Below are positions 10,806-23,691 of a stretch of 64,000 bases of DNA, in pieces (within the stretch, counting starts at the first letter, position 1; each line of letters starts with the position of its first letter). The stretch lies in assembly GCF_006345805.1 (NCBI RefSeq), contig NW_021835478.1:29176-93175 (forward strand). Direction: 5' to 3'. This stretch comes from Octopus sinensis. Taxonomy: Eukaryota. The translations under genes and the position numbers were made by a program. The notes under the pieces are model-generated. The model had not been told where the DNA came from. It saw nothing but the letters and a program-made list of their open reading frames with translations, and ran no database searches.

Positions 10806-12500
10806 CAGGGGTGTCAAACACTCGGCCCTCAGCGTACTTTGGCAAACATAAGTGCGGTCTGATTTAATGGCTATAAAATACAAAAAAGGCCGAGTCGGTG
10901 AGCGAATCCGATGCGCATGGCAGCATCGTCTAGCCACGTCTCGATACTGGAGAGAGAGAAAGCATTCAGCCAGCTGCCTGAGTGTTTTTAATTGTATTTT
11001 TAAATCGTGTTTTCAATGTCATGTGCTTCTTCTAAAATAAAAAAGAAACGCTCCTTGAAAGATGAACGGAGAGTGTTTCAAGATAAATGGGAACTTCTCT
11101 ATTTTTGCACAATGGTTGATAGAAATTTAACGAGTTTATCGCTATACCGAAAGAATACAACCTAGAGAGGCATTATCAATCTAATCATCTATCATACAAT
11201 TATTTTGAAGGTATTAAGTTGCTTATAAACCAAGAAGGTCCAATGCGTGTTTTAAAGCTAAATGAATTGCGAAAAATTTATCTGCGTTACAGACTCATTT
11301 CACGAAAAGTCATAATCGAAGTACTGCATTAGTCACTGAAAGCTATGAAATCAGCAGAATGCTTGCAGTATATGGAAAATCATATTGTGATGATGATTTC
11401 ATTGAGCAATGCTTTGTAAAAACAGCGAATATTATTTGTCCAGACGACGCCCACTTGTTTAAAGATATTTCATTAACAAGAAATACTGTTGCCAAACACA
11501 TTAATGAAATGGTATTGAATTTGAAACACCAATTAAAGTCTGATTTGTTAAAATTCGATTATTTTTCAATTGCAATCGATGAAACAGTCGACGTCGTTGG
11601 AATTGCACAATTAGCAATCTTTTTTAGAGCCTGTGATTCAGATTTTAATATTTATGAAGAATTTCTCGAACTGGTACCAATGCACGATACTACTACAAGT
11701 AAAGATATCTTTATAAAACTACTACAAATTCTCTTTGAATATGGGTTTGGTTTGAAGAAGCGTGTATGTTTATGATTGTGCTCCGAATATGGTTGGACGA
11801 CAAGCTGGCGTTGCCGCCAAATTGCGAGCTGAAATAGAAATGGTAAATCCCGGGTCATCATTTGCTCATTTTCATTGTATTATTCATCAACAATATTTGT
11901 GCTCAAAGATATTAAAAATGGAAAATATTATTAGTTTGGTCACGAAAACAGTAAACTATATCAGAGGTCATCCCCTCAACCACCGGCAGTTTAGTAAACT
12001 GCTGACAGATATTAATAATCAGTTCAGCAATGCAGATGAAAGTTTACAAATGGAACTATTGGAAATCCAATCAGATTCTATACTTAAAGCTAAATATTTG
12101 GAGGTTGGAATACCTGCTTTCTTTTCATATCTTCCTGGAAAGTTTAAAAACTTTAAAAAGTTTGCGACAAAAATCATTGCTATGTTTAATTCGACATAAC
12201 TTTTTTCATTTATGAAATTGACAAAAACTGCTCAAAGAACAAGACTAACTGATGAACATTTATCATCTTTAATAAAAGTCGGAACTACTCGAATAGCTCA
12301 GCCTGACATATCAAAAATTGTATCTAAAAAAGATGTCAATCCTCTGAAAGCAGCTCTCACCAAAATTAAAGGGCGATGATTGAATAATTTAGTTTCTCTT
12401 ATTTTGGTTATTCATCATAATAAATATCAGAACTAATCTTCCCTTAATGAGAAATTATTATAAATGCGGCCCTCAAAGCGAAATGAGTTTGACACCCCTG
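10806..12500 (+). mobile_element. hAT (Buster/SPIN, GTF2IRD2-like) DNA transposon, decayed and internally deleted
   Basis: TIR CAGGGGTGTCAAAC at 10806 with its reverse complement ending at 12500; transposase pieces ERRVFQDKWE, KEYNLERHY, FSIAIDETVDV, GAPNMVG-like, HCIIHQQ and QMELLEIQSD, broken by frameshifts. Confidence 0.9.
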
Positions 12501-13420
12501 GTATATAATGTATGAGAATGGCTCACAACCTACAACAATGTCTCTCTTGCCACTTCTACCACCATTCCTACCAAGAACGTTCTGACTTCCGTCAGTTCCA
12601 GAGATGTCATTGAAGTGGGCTGAAAATATTTCAGCCACCTCAGGTCCGAGACGAGGGTTCCATCAGAGCGTTTAGGGCGCACTGAATTTGCCTCCCCTCT
12701 CTCTGACAGGCTCTTCAACTGTTTCCAGAAGTCCGGGAAGCGGGCGTCTACGCGTCTGCAGGCCCGCTCCCACCGTGAAGTTTCGAATTCACGAATTTCT
12801 CTTCGGATCTCCCTCTGAAGCCGGCTAATCCAGCCACGAAACTAAACACGGTTTTCATCGTAAACGCATTTGTCCCGTAGTCTGGATGGCCGGCGCTTAA
12901 ACTTAATTTTATTTCAAACCCGGTAGGGAAGCGTGGAATGTGACTTATTCTGCACTGAGTTCTGTTTGAAATTATCTCGCATTTAATCAGTCAGGGCAGC
13001 ATTGATTCCATTATCTAACGCCTCCAACTCACGTATGTTGGCACAGGTATTTCCCACCAGAAGTGAGGTCAACCTGCCGGCAATGAACCTCTCCAGGTTG
13101 GCCCAAGAACCCGACCGGAGGTCAAAGTATCCTGGAACCCATTGAGGGACTGGCTCGCGGAGTTAGTGCAATAGAGGCAGATGATCGCTTCCGATATCGG
13201 GCAATAAAATTGTTTTACTAACCCAATTTAGCATTCCAGGACTGACCAGAGCAAGCCCTAGCCAGTCTCGTCCACCTCGCGAGTCGATGTGGTTTGGCTC
13301 ACTTGAAGATCGGACTTTCACAGATAGCATATCTCGACATCAATCAAAGAACCATCTCAGATCACTTGTGTGCCCGTATAACAGAATGGTGACCAATAAG
13401 TTAAAGCAAAGTGTCGTTTA
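12501..13420 (-). mobile_element. Decayed APE-endonuclease non-LTR retrotransposon fragment
   Basis: Minus-strand LVSPGMLNWVSKTILLPDIGSDHLP (APE C-terminal SDH motif) and WKQLKSLS segment; stops and frameshifts. Confidence 0.6.
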
Positions 13421-13599
13421 AGAGAAAAAGAATTTATTATGGAAATTAGTTAACCTTCAATGTCAATGCATTTAATTTTGGCCAATTCCGTCTTCTCGCA
13501 TAAGTAGGGGGCAAGGAGGTTGCTAACCGACGGAAAGAGCAACATGGAGATCCACCATGTCCAAGAATTGGGGAATTTGCCAATGTAAAGGCTGCAGAT

Positions 13600-14004
13600 T
13601 ACCACGTGTATCGCAAAAGTGGAGGCAATGTAGTCAAAGGACACCTGCGATCGCCCGATCGTGTTCCAGAAGACCAGCGCCCTACAAATACAGAAAATTG
13701 ATACAAGGCAATCGAGGACATTAAATATGACATGAACACCGATAATGGAGTAAAGTCAAACAGTTCAAAGGCCTGAGCTTAATTAACAACTGTTTACGTA
13801 AGGACTAAAAATCTGACTGAGTGACATGGGAAATTTGAACATAAGAGAGAAAATGAATAAATGAACGACAATGGATAAGTATAGACTGAAGAGTAGTATT
13901 ATAAGATCGCAGATCACCAAAGTTGGGTTGGTGTTAGGCCTCACAAAATATTGTAGAAATTTCCGTAGCATACAACAAGAAATTAATAAACTAATCGATT
14001 CCAA
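13600..14004 (-). CDS. Possible multi-pass membrane protein fragment, unidentified
   Basis: Hydrophobic ORF continues in frame across a 25-nt GT-AG intron (GTAAACAG...AAGCTCAG) into AFELFDFTPLSVFMSYLMSSIALYQF; ends undefined. Confidence 0.3.
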
Positions 14005-14178
14005 CTAACAAAATAAATACAATTTACTAAAATAGGATACAAAAATAAATTAAATAAATAGCTGTATTTCGACCTTGGATTTTCGGATCTTGAACTTGAC
14101 GGAATTGCTTCCCCCCAATCGTGTGCTTGTTTACCGATTTAATTTCCAGATTTAAAGCAAAAATAATGTTTAGTTTAA

Positions 14179-15153
14179 TCAGAAGAAAACAATGAGAACT
14201 GTCACATTATCGCCTCCGAGTCCTCTGACTGCTTCATGGACGACATTGTCACATACCCTCGAGGACTGGTCTGACTAAACCATCACGATGTAATTAGACT
14301 CCAATTTTTTTTACGACTTGATCTGCACTCAGACTCGTCCACAAACCATCACAAGCAATTACCAAGAATTTGTCTGTCTCCCTGTTGATGTTGTACTTTC
14401 GGACTTGTGGAAGAGCTGTCACTCCATATGCCTTGAAAAACCCATCGCCGATCGACCGAGTCACTGCTAGTTTGCCTATCACTCGTCCATCTCTACAAAT
14501 CAGTTCACAAACAAACTTAATGTTCCCCCCACATTTATGTATTCGAGTTCTTTCGCTGTAATCACTCGGACTGTGGTCGTTTGTGAGAGTCAGGGCAATC
14601 CAGTCGTCTTGTTCCTGTCGGGAGATGACTGCCTGAAATGAATCAGCAACCTAACCTTGCTATCCCCCACATGGGCTACATAAATGACGTCATTTAATAT
14701 TAATACTGCAGTGGCAGTGCTCCCGTCCTTCCATTGGGGACTGTTCTTGCTTGCTTCGGTCATAAAGGCTCGGTCTGTCTTGATGAAGGCTTCAATGAGT
14801 GACTGTTTGACTGTTTTGTCAGTCCACTCTGAACAGGTTGGGAGAGCAGTGGCAAGGTGAGTGTGGAGATGCTTCGCTGCGAACTGTGCGGCTCGAGGAC
14901 CCGAATGTCCATCATACACAGCATAGAAGGCAGCTGTCGTTATGTCCGACGGTCTGGGAATACATTTTGAAGAGTACTTGGAGATGTGGAAATGGTCGTA
15001 GAGGTCGTCGATTATTACATGTGCATCCTCCATTTCTCTGCGTTCCCCCTTGGTGGAGGACACTTTGCTTATAAGAAGGGACTCAGTTCGTGCACGTTTA
15101 TTGGGATACACTGATTCGCCACTTAGTGAGTGTTTTGATGCACACATGTTCAA
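14179..15153 (-). CDS. ILKAP: ILK-associated PP2C phosphatase
   Basis: KGERREMEDAH, AVYDGHSG, FIKTDRAF...PQWKDGSTATAVL, HVGDS, GKLAVTRSIGDG, FLVIACDGLW, DNVTV. Confidence 0.9.
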
Positions 15154-15229
15154 ACACTAAATAAATTAATTAATAGTTATTTAGATTCCGTTCTCGTATT
15201 AGTGCAAGGATAGGGAAATTTATGTCAGC

Positions 15230-17270
15230 GCGGGGTCTAGATTCGGGGGCTACCTCCTCAACATGCATCCGTGTCTTGACTCGGCTTAAATGCTTTTTAA
15301 AGGTCTTCCGCAACATCATTGTCTGGATAATTTGCCTTAACCCCTGTTTTCCACTCCGACTGCCTCCAGATGATTCGTAAAGAATTTTGACATAATTCCG
15401 TCTCAGGTCATAACGACAGGGACGATCTTTACTTTCGCCTTGTGGATTGCTCCCAGTTTATTTGCCAGCAAGTCGTATTTGTGGAACTGTTCTACTTCGA
15501 CCTGCTTGATACAATTTTTAAAATGATCCCCACCTTGATAAGTGTAATTGCTCAGTTTTTCGTGAACAAATATGTCGGTTTTGTTATTCGGGATAACATT
15601 ATTAGTCTGAAGGTTTGTGTCAACTCGATTTTAAATTTGTTGGTGGTAACAGATTGGACTGAAGTATTTTAAATTTTTTGACTTTTTAATTCCATATTGG
15701 CGACATAGATGCAGATGCGAGCATTTGATTACTTCGTTATGGCGTCTGAGATAGGGGCCGGTAAGCATTTGCCCACATCTGGTGATAAAGTGATCAACGG
15801 TCTTTTTGGATGAGTTCTAGTGGTAGCATTTATTTTCTCCGTTATTGAAAAGCAAGTTTCGGTCCTCCAGCTGGGACAGGCTTGTTTCAATCCATGGGGA
15901 ATTGTTTCCGAGAATTAGCTATTCGCAGGCCTCATTAACTCAATTTCAGTATTCTTTAGACATTGGAACAAAATAGAGTGTAAGGGTTTCTTTTTAATTT
16001 GTTTCCATATTTTTTATCAATCTGCTTAAACTCCCCGGGCTCAATATCAATTCGTCCAATATAATAGTTATAAAGGGAAAATGTGTGCTCGTTTATTGCC
16101 TTGAACAAGTTGACTGAGCTTTACTTTATTTTTTAGAACGTTGCTATTCTTATCTTCGAGGACCCTTAGATAATGGTATCTATCCACACATCGAGTAACC
16201 AAGCTTTCATAGACAAAGACTTGACACTCGTCGCAGATTTTTTAACGTTTCTTTCTAGCCTAGCTAGGTCAAAAACGATTAATTTTTTTTCACCATCATT
16301 TTCATTACGTCATTACGATGCGAAAATAACTCTAAAATTTTTCTATAGCGTTCATAAAAAGAAGATAGATATATTTATTTTAACTTTTCCTAGTGTTCTA
16401 TTTTCCAAATTTATATTGATTTTCCATTGCTATTCTTATCTTCGAGAACTCCCAGATATTAGTATCTATCCACCCATCGAGTAACCAAGCTTTTATAGAC
16501 AGACTTGACACTCGTCACAGATTCTCCTTCAAAGACTACTACGCTCTCGCAGGACTACTAGTTGGGCCATGTTCCTACTACCCATAATTACAGGCCCACT
16601 ACCCATCATTAATGGACTCTCTAAGCCGAATGCTCATCAGGAAATTCCCGAAAGTAATGATGAGCTCAATCCCTGACACATTCTTCGTGTTCCAAGTTGA
16701 TTGTCTCCAACAAAACCATAAGCTTCGATATATTCCGATAGTTTGTTATTCACACACTTTGTCATCAGTGTATACAGGCTAGGTATGCACGTAACTGATT
16801 TCAGATTTTTTGGTGATTCATCACATCCATTTTGGTATAAAATACGTAATTTTGATGTAAAACCAATCTTCGGGCGTATTGAATTGAATGTTTTATTTAG
16901 CACAAAACCGAGGAAACAAAAACAAGTTATATGGTTAAGGAAACGGTCTTGTTATGAAACATAAAAATGTCTCTTACCAGTGTTCAGATTCATCTTTTAT
17001 TATTTTCCATATCTCCTCGCATAGGGGTCACGGACATCAGTAAAGCTCTTTATAAAAAAAAGTTTTAAACTCCATCGCAGCCGCTTGTAAACCCATTTTT
17101 TTCTTCGAACTTGATATCATCTATGAGTAAAGAGACAATCCTATCGAACTCTCCTAATTCCGAGAACATAATGGATTTTCTTTTAGGAGACCTCCGTAAA
17201 TTGGTCGTCAGAAAGTTTTCTATTAACATCGTCAGAAACCAACAAACTCGTCAACAAAAAAATAAGAACC
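15230..17270 (-). mobile_element. Decayed R4/NeSL-like RLE non-LTR retrotransposon with a duplicated RT segment
   Basis: PKNLKSVTCIPSLYTLMTKC...NQLGTRRMCQG (RT); RYHYLRVLEDKN present twice (16141-16239, 16427-16523); DHFITRC...YLRRHNEV...HLCRQYG and KYDLLANKLG...IVPVVM (RLE region). Confidence 0.72.
16521..16615. repeat. Short dispersed repeat, copy 1
   Basis: 46-bp ATTCTCCTTCAAAGACTACTACGCTCTCGCAGGACTACTAGTTGGG identical to 24163-24208, followed by similar ACCCATCATTA segments. Confidence 0.85.
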
Positions 17271-17418
17271 CAAACTAATTTATTTGAAACTAGCTCAGCA
17301 GTTCGCTTCGCTCACTGCGAGCTAGCTCCTGCGGAGGCCCTGCTCGCTACGCTCGCAGTTTCCTTAAATAACTATAAATTTATGTAGATATATAAATGCG
17401 ACCTGCTTTGATATAACC

Positions 17419-17615
17419 TTATTCTAAGGCCTGTGGATAAACGATGTTTGCAGTCCGTCCATCCTTGGCAAATATAAATAAATTTTCTCTTCTACCTACC
17501 CTTGAGCACCCCACATACACCTGGCCATGTGAAAAGCACTCGTTCTCTAAAAATAAGCCTACTACCTTTAAAGACTGTCTCTGGGCCTTGTTTATTGTCA
17601 TAGCAAAACTTATCT
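17419..17615 (-). pseudogene. Helitron PIF1-like helicase C-terminal remnant
   Basis: FAMTINKAQRQSLKVVGLFLENECFSHGQVYVGCSRVG...TANIVY. Confidence 0.88.
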
Positions 17616-17993
17616 TAAAAAAAATGATAATCAGCTTCATCTTTCTAGTATTCTAAGGAAAAAAATTAAAGCCTGTTAAATCAAGGAGATTTAAATATAG
17701 GCAAATTGAAATTTACATGACTAATTTAAATTTTATTTGCCTCTATCTTTTAAGAAAACTAAACAGTAGCATAATCGAATTTGTCAGTTTCGGCAGTTAA
17801 AAAGAATCAATTATGTAAATCTCTAATAATTTTTGCTTTTTCCTTTTTAGTGGTTTTCAAAATCTGATAATTGCAGAGTCTATTCATGGTCGATAACAAT
17901 TAGAGCTTTTATTTTATTTTTTTAACGAAAATTTAACAAAAAAGAATTTATGTCAACGAAAAAAGATAGATAAGCTAATTAATGGCCTCACGA

Positions 17994-20900
17994 GGCTTGA
18001 AGGTTGTGGGGGACCTCATCATGTGAGTCGAGGACTTTCTGTTGTTCATTTTAACAAAAACGCAGAAAATAATTTTTTTTAATTTTTTGGCTTGAAGGTT
18101 TTGGGGGACCACATCATGTGAGTCGAGGACTTTCTTGTTGTTTATTTTAACAAAAACGCGGAAAATAATTTTTATAATTTTTTGGCTTGAAAGTTTTGGG
18201 GGACCACATCATGTGAGTCGAGCACTTTCTTGTTGTTGATTTCAACAAAAACGCAGAAAATAATTTTTTTTAATTTTTTGGCTTGAAGGTTTTGGGGGAC
18301 CACATCATGTGACTCGAGGACTTTCTTGTTGTTCATTTTAACAAAAACGCAGAAAATAATTTTTATAATTTTTTGGCTTGAAGGTTTTGGGGACCACATC
18401 ATGTGACTCGAGGACTTTCTTGTTGTTCATTTTAACAAAAACGCAGAAAATAATTTTTATAATTTTTTGGCTTGAAAGTTTTGGGGGACCACATCATGTG
18501 AGCCGAGCACTTTCTTGTTGTTGATTTCAACAAAAACGCAGAAAATAATTTTTTTTAATTTTTTGGCTTGAAGGTTTTGGGAGACCACATCATGTGACTC
18601 GAGGACTTTCTTGTTGTTCATTTTAACAAAAACGCAGAAAATAATTTTTATAATTTTTTGGCTTGAAGGTTTTGGGGACCACATCATGTGACTCGAGGAC
18701 TTTCTTGTTGTTTATTTTAACAAAAACGCGGAAAATAATTTTTATAATTTTTTGGCTTGAAAGTTTTGGGGGACCACATCATGTGAGTCGAGGACTTTCT
18801 TGTTGTTCATTTTAACAAAAACGCAGAAAATAATTTTTATAATTTTTTGGCTTGAAAGTTTTGGGGGACCACATCATGTGAGTCGAGCACTTTCTTGTTG
18901 TTCATTTTAACAAAAACGCAGAAAATAATTTTTATAATTTTTTGGCTTGAAAGTTTTGGGGGACCACATCATGTGAGTCGAGCACTTTCTTGTTGTTGAT
19001 TTCAACAAAAACGCAGAAAATAATTTTTTTTAATTTTTTGGCTTGAAGGTTTTGGGGGACCACATCATGTGACTCGAGACTTTCTTGTTGTTGATTTCAA
19101 CAAAAACGCAGAAAATAATTTTTTTTAATTTTTTGGCTTGAAAGTTTTGGGGGACCACATCATGTGACTCGAGGACTTTCTTGTTGTTTATTTTAACAAA
19201 AACGCAGAAAATAATTTTTATAATTTTTTGGCTTGAAAGTTTTGGGGGACCACATCATGTGAGTCGAGCACTTCTTGTTGTTGATTTTAACAAAAACGCA
19301 GAAAATAATTTTTTTTTTTTTTGGCTTGAAGGTTTTGGGGACCACATCATGTGAGTCGAGCACTTCTTGTTGTTCATTTTAACAAAAACGCAGAAAATAA
19401 TTTTTATAATTTTTTGGCTTGAAAGTTTTGGGGACCACATCATGTGAGTCGAGCACTTCTTGTTGTTGATTTCAACAAAAACGCAGAAAATAATTTTTTT
19501 TAATTTTTTTGCTTGAAGGTTTTGGGGGACCACATCATGTGACTCGAGGACTTTCTGTTGTTCATTTTAACAAAAACGCAGAAAATAATTTTTATAATTT
19601 TTTGGCTTGAGGTTTTGGGACCATCATGTGACTCGAGGACTTTCTTGTTGTTCATTTTAACAAAAACGCAGAAAATAATTTTTATAATTTTTTGGCTTGA
19701 AAGTTTTGGGGGACCACATCATGTGAGCCGAGCACTTTCTTGTTGTTGATTTCAACAAAAACGCAGAAAATAATTTTTTTTAATTTTTTGGCTTGAAGGT
19801 TTTGGGGGACCACATCATGTGACTCGAGGACTTTCTTGTTGTTCATTTTAACAAAAACGCAGAAAATAATTTTTATAATTTTTTGGCTTGAAGGTTTTGG
19901 GGACCACATCATGTGACTCGAGACTTTCTTGTTGTTCATTTTAACAAAAACGCAGAAAATAATTTTTATAATTTTTTGGCTTGAAAGTTTGGGGGACCAC
20001 ATCATGTGAGCCGAGCACTTTCTTGTTTTGATTTCAACAAAAACGCAGAAAATAATTTTTTTTAATTTTTGGCTTGAAGGTTTTGGGGGACCACATCATG
20101 TGAGTCGAGCACTTTCTTGTTGTTCATTTTAACAAAACGCAGAAAATAATTTTTATAATTTTTTGGCTTGAAAGTTTTGGGGGGACAACATCAGTGAGTC
20201 GAGCACTTTCTTGTTGTTGATTTCAACAAAAACGCAGAAAATAATTTTTATAATTTTTTGGCTTGAAAGTTTGGGGGACCACATCATCATGTGACTCGAG
20301 GACTTTCTTGTTGTTGATTTCAACAAAACAGCAGAAAATAATTTTTTTTAATTTTTTGGCTTGAAGTTTTGGGGGACCACATCATGTGAGTCGAGCACTT
20401 TCTTGTTGTTCATTTTAACAAAAACGCAGAAAATAATTTTTAGATTTTTTGGCTTGAAAGTTTTGGGGGACCACATCATGTGAGTCGAGCACTTTCTTGT
20501 TGTTGATTTCAACAAAAACGCAGAAAATATTTTTATAATTTTTTGGCTAGAAGGTTTTGGGGACCACATCATGTGACTCGAGGACTTTCTTGTTGTTCAT
20601 TTTAACAAAACGCAGAAAATAATTTTTATAATTTTTGGCTTGAAAGTTTTGGGGGACCACATGTTAGTCGACCACTTTCTTGTTGTTGATTTCAACAAAA
20701 ACGCAGAAAATAATTTTTTTAAATTTTTTGGCTTGAAGGTTTTGGGGGACCACATCATGTGACTCAAGGACTTTCTTGTTGTTGATTTCAACAAAAACGC
20801 AGAAAATAATTTTTTTTAATTTTTGGCTTGAAGGTTTTGGGGGACCACATCATGTGACTCGAGGACTTTCTTGTTGTTCATTTTAACAAAAACGCAGAAA

Positions 20901-23514
20901 ATATTTTTATAATTTTTGGCTTGAAGGTTTTGGGGGGACCACATCATGTGACTCGAGGACTTTCTTGTTGTTCATTTTAACAAAAACGCAGAAAATAATT
21001 TTTATAATTTTTTGGCTTGAAGGTTTTGGGGGACCACATCATGTGACTCGAGGACTTTCTTGTTGTTCATTTTAACAAAAACGCAGAAAATAATTTTTAT
21101 AATTTTTTGGCTTGAAAGTTTTGGGGGACCACATCATGTGAGTCGAGCACTTTCTTGTTGTTGATTTCAACAAAAACGCAGAAAATAATTTTTATAATTT
21201 TTTGGCTAGAAGGTTTTGGGGACCACATCATGTGACTCGAGGACTTTCTTGTTGTTCATTTTAACAAAAACGCAGAAAATAATTTTTATAATTTTTTGGC
21301 TTGAAAGTTTTGGGGGACCACATCATGTGAGTCGAGGACTTTCTTGTTGTTGATTTCAACAAAACGCAGAAAATAATTTTTATAATTTTTTGGCTAGAAG
21401 GTTTTGGGGGACCACATCATGTGACTCGAGGACTTTCGTTGTTCATTTTAACAAAAACGCAGAAAATAATTTTTATAATTTTTTGGCTTGAAAGTTTTGG
21501 GGGACCACATCATGTGAGTCGAGGACTTTCTTGTTGTTGATTTCAACAAAAACGCAGAAAATAATTTTTATAATTTTTGGCTTGAAAGTTTTGGGGGACC
21601 ACATCATGTGAGTCGAGGACTTTCTTGTTGTTGATTTCAACAAAAACGCAGAAAATAATTTTTTAATTTTTTGGCTTGAAGGTTTTGGGGGACCACATCA
21701 TGTGACTCGAGGACTTTCTTGTTGTTCATTTTAACAAAACGCAGAAAATAATTTTTATAATTTTTTGGCTTGAAAGTTTTGGGGGACCACATCATGTGAG
21801 TCGACCACTTTCTTGTTGTTGATTTCAACAAAAACGCAGCAGAAAATAATTTTTTTTAATTTTTGGCTTGAAAGTTTTGGGGGACCACATCATGTGACTC
21901 AAGGACTTTCTTGTTGTTGATTTCAACAAAAACGCAGAAAATAATTTTTTTTAATTTTTTGGCTTGAAGGTTTTGGGGGACCACATCATGTGACTCGAGG
22001 ACTTTCTTGTTGTTCATTTTAACAAAAACGCAGAAAATAATTTTTATAATTTTTTGGCTTGAAGGTTTTGGGGGACCACATCATGTGAGTCGAGGACTTT
22101 CTTGTTGTTCATTTTAACAAAAACGCAGAAAATAATTTTGTTTAATTTTTTGGCTCGAAGGTTTTGGGGGACCACACCATGTGAGTCGAGGACTTTCTTA
22201 TTGTTCATTTTAACAAAAACGCAGAAAATAATTTTTATAATTTTTTGGCTAGAAGGTTTTGGGGACCACATCATGTGACTCGAGGACTTTCTTGTTGTTC
22301 ATTTTAACAAAAACGCAGAAAATAATTTTTATAATTTTTTGGCTTGAAAGTTTTGGGGGACCACATCATGGAGTCGAGGACTTTCTTGTTGTTGATTTCA
22401 CAAAACGCAGAAAATATTTTTATAATTTTTTGGCTAGAAGGTTTTGGGGACCACACATCATGTGACTCGAGGACTTTCTTGTTGTTCATTTTAACAAAAA
22501 CGCAGAAAATATTTTTATAATTTTTTGGCTTGAAAGTTTTGGGGGGACACATCATGTGAGTCGAGGACTTTCTTGTTGTTGATTTCAACAAAAACGCAGA
22601 AAATAATTTTTTTAATTTTTTGGCTTGAAAGTTTTGGGGGACCACATCATGTGAGTCGAGGACTTTCTTGTTGTTGATTTCAACAAAAACGCAGAAAATA
22701 ATTTTTTTTAATTTTTTGGCTTGAAGGTTTTGGGGGACCACATCATGTGACTCGAGGACTTTCTTGTTGTTCATTTTAACAAAAACGCAGAAAATAATTT
22801 TTATAATTTTTTGGCTTGAAAGTTTTGGGGGACCACATCATGTGAGTCGACCACTTTCTTGTTGTTGATTTCAACAAAAACGCAGAAAATAATTTTTTTT
22901 AATTTTTGGCTTGAAAGTTTTGGGGGACCACATCATGTGACTCAAGGACTTTCTTGTTGTTGATTTCAACAAAAACGCAGAAAATAATTTTTTTTAATTT
23001 TTTGGCTTGAAGGTTTTGGGGGACCACATCATGTGACTCGAGGACTTTCTTGTTGTTCATTTTAACAAAAACGCAGAAAATAATTTTTATAATTTTTTGG
23101 CTTGAAAGTTTTGGGGGACCACATCATGTGACTCAAGGACTTTCTTGTTGTTGATTTCAACAAAAACGCAGAAAATAATTTTTTTTAATTTTTGGCTTGA
23201 AAGTTTTGGGGGACCACATCATGTGACTCAAGGACTTTCTTGTTGTTGATTTCAACAAAAACGCAGAAAATAATTTTTTTTAATTTTTTGGCTGAAGGTT
23301 TTGGGGGACCACATCATGTGACTCGAGGACTTTCTTGTTGTTCATTTTAACAAAAACGCAGAAAATATTTTTATAATTTTTTGGCTTGAAGGTTTTGGGG
23401 GACCACATCATGTGAGTCGAGGACTTTCTTGTTGTTCATTTTAACAAAAACGCAGAAAATAAATTGTTTTTAATTTTTTGACTTGAAGGTTTTGGGGGGA
23501 CCTCATCATCGAGG
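17994..23514. repeat. Satellite array, ~95-bp monomer, ~58 copies
   Basis: Unit GGCTTGAA(G/A)GTTTTGGGGGACCACATCATGTGA(C/G)TCGAG(G/C)ACTTTCTTGTTGTT(C/G)ATTT(T/C)AACAAAAACGCAGAAAATAATTTTTATAATTTTTT; measured spacings of 94-96 bp. Confidence 0.98.
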
Positions 23515-23570
23515 ATATTCTTTCTTATTAATTTTTTGACAGGAAGGTTCTTAGAGGATATCAACCTTTT

Positions 23571-23649
23571 GTCATGCGTGGCAACAGCTGTTCCCTCCGT
23601 CTCGTCTGGGAGAATTTATTAGTTTGTTGACTTTACTTAGTAGTTTGAC

Positions 23650-23684
<35 letters not shown>
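23571..23684 (+). mobile_element. 5'-truncated CRE-like 3' end with poly-A tail and 8-bp TSD, nested in the Helitron
   Basis: Encodes VMRGNSCSL (compare ILRGNCLSI in the full-length copy); A34 tract at 23653-23686; AACCTTTT at 23563-23570 and 23685-23692. Confidence 0.8.

Positions 23685-23691
<7 letters not shown>

Noticed and set aside
16141-16523. Two ~95-bp direct repeats with TG...CA ends resembling a TRIM/LTR pair
   Set aside because: Identity extends past the TG and CA, and the minus strand encodes an R4-like RT segment (RYHYLRVLEDKN); it is a duplicated LINE fragment.
17979-17996. TAATGG(C/T)CTCACGAGGC shared with ~63347
   Set aside because: A 17-bp match with one mismatch is expected by chance in 64 kb, and the contexts are unrelated.
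17994-23514. Satellite as a CRISPR-like array or as coding sequence
   Set aside because: No unique spacers and no cas genes in a eukaryotic context; the many short K/I/F-rich ORFs are translations of the repeat.
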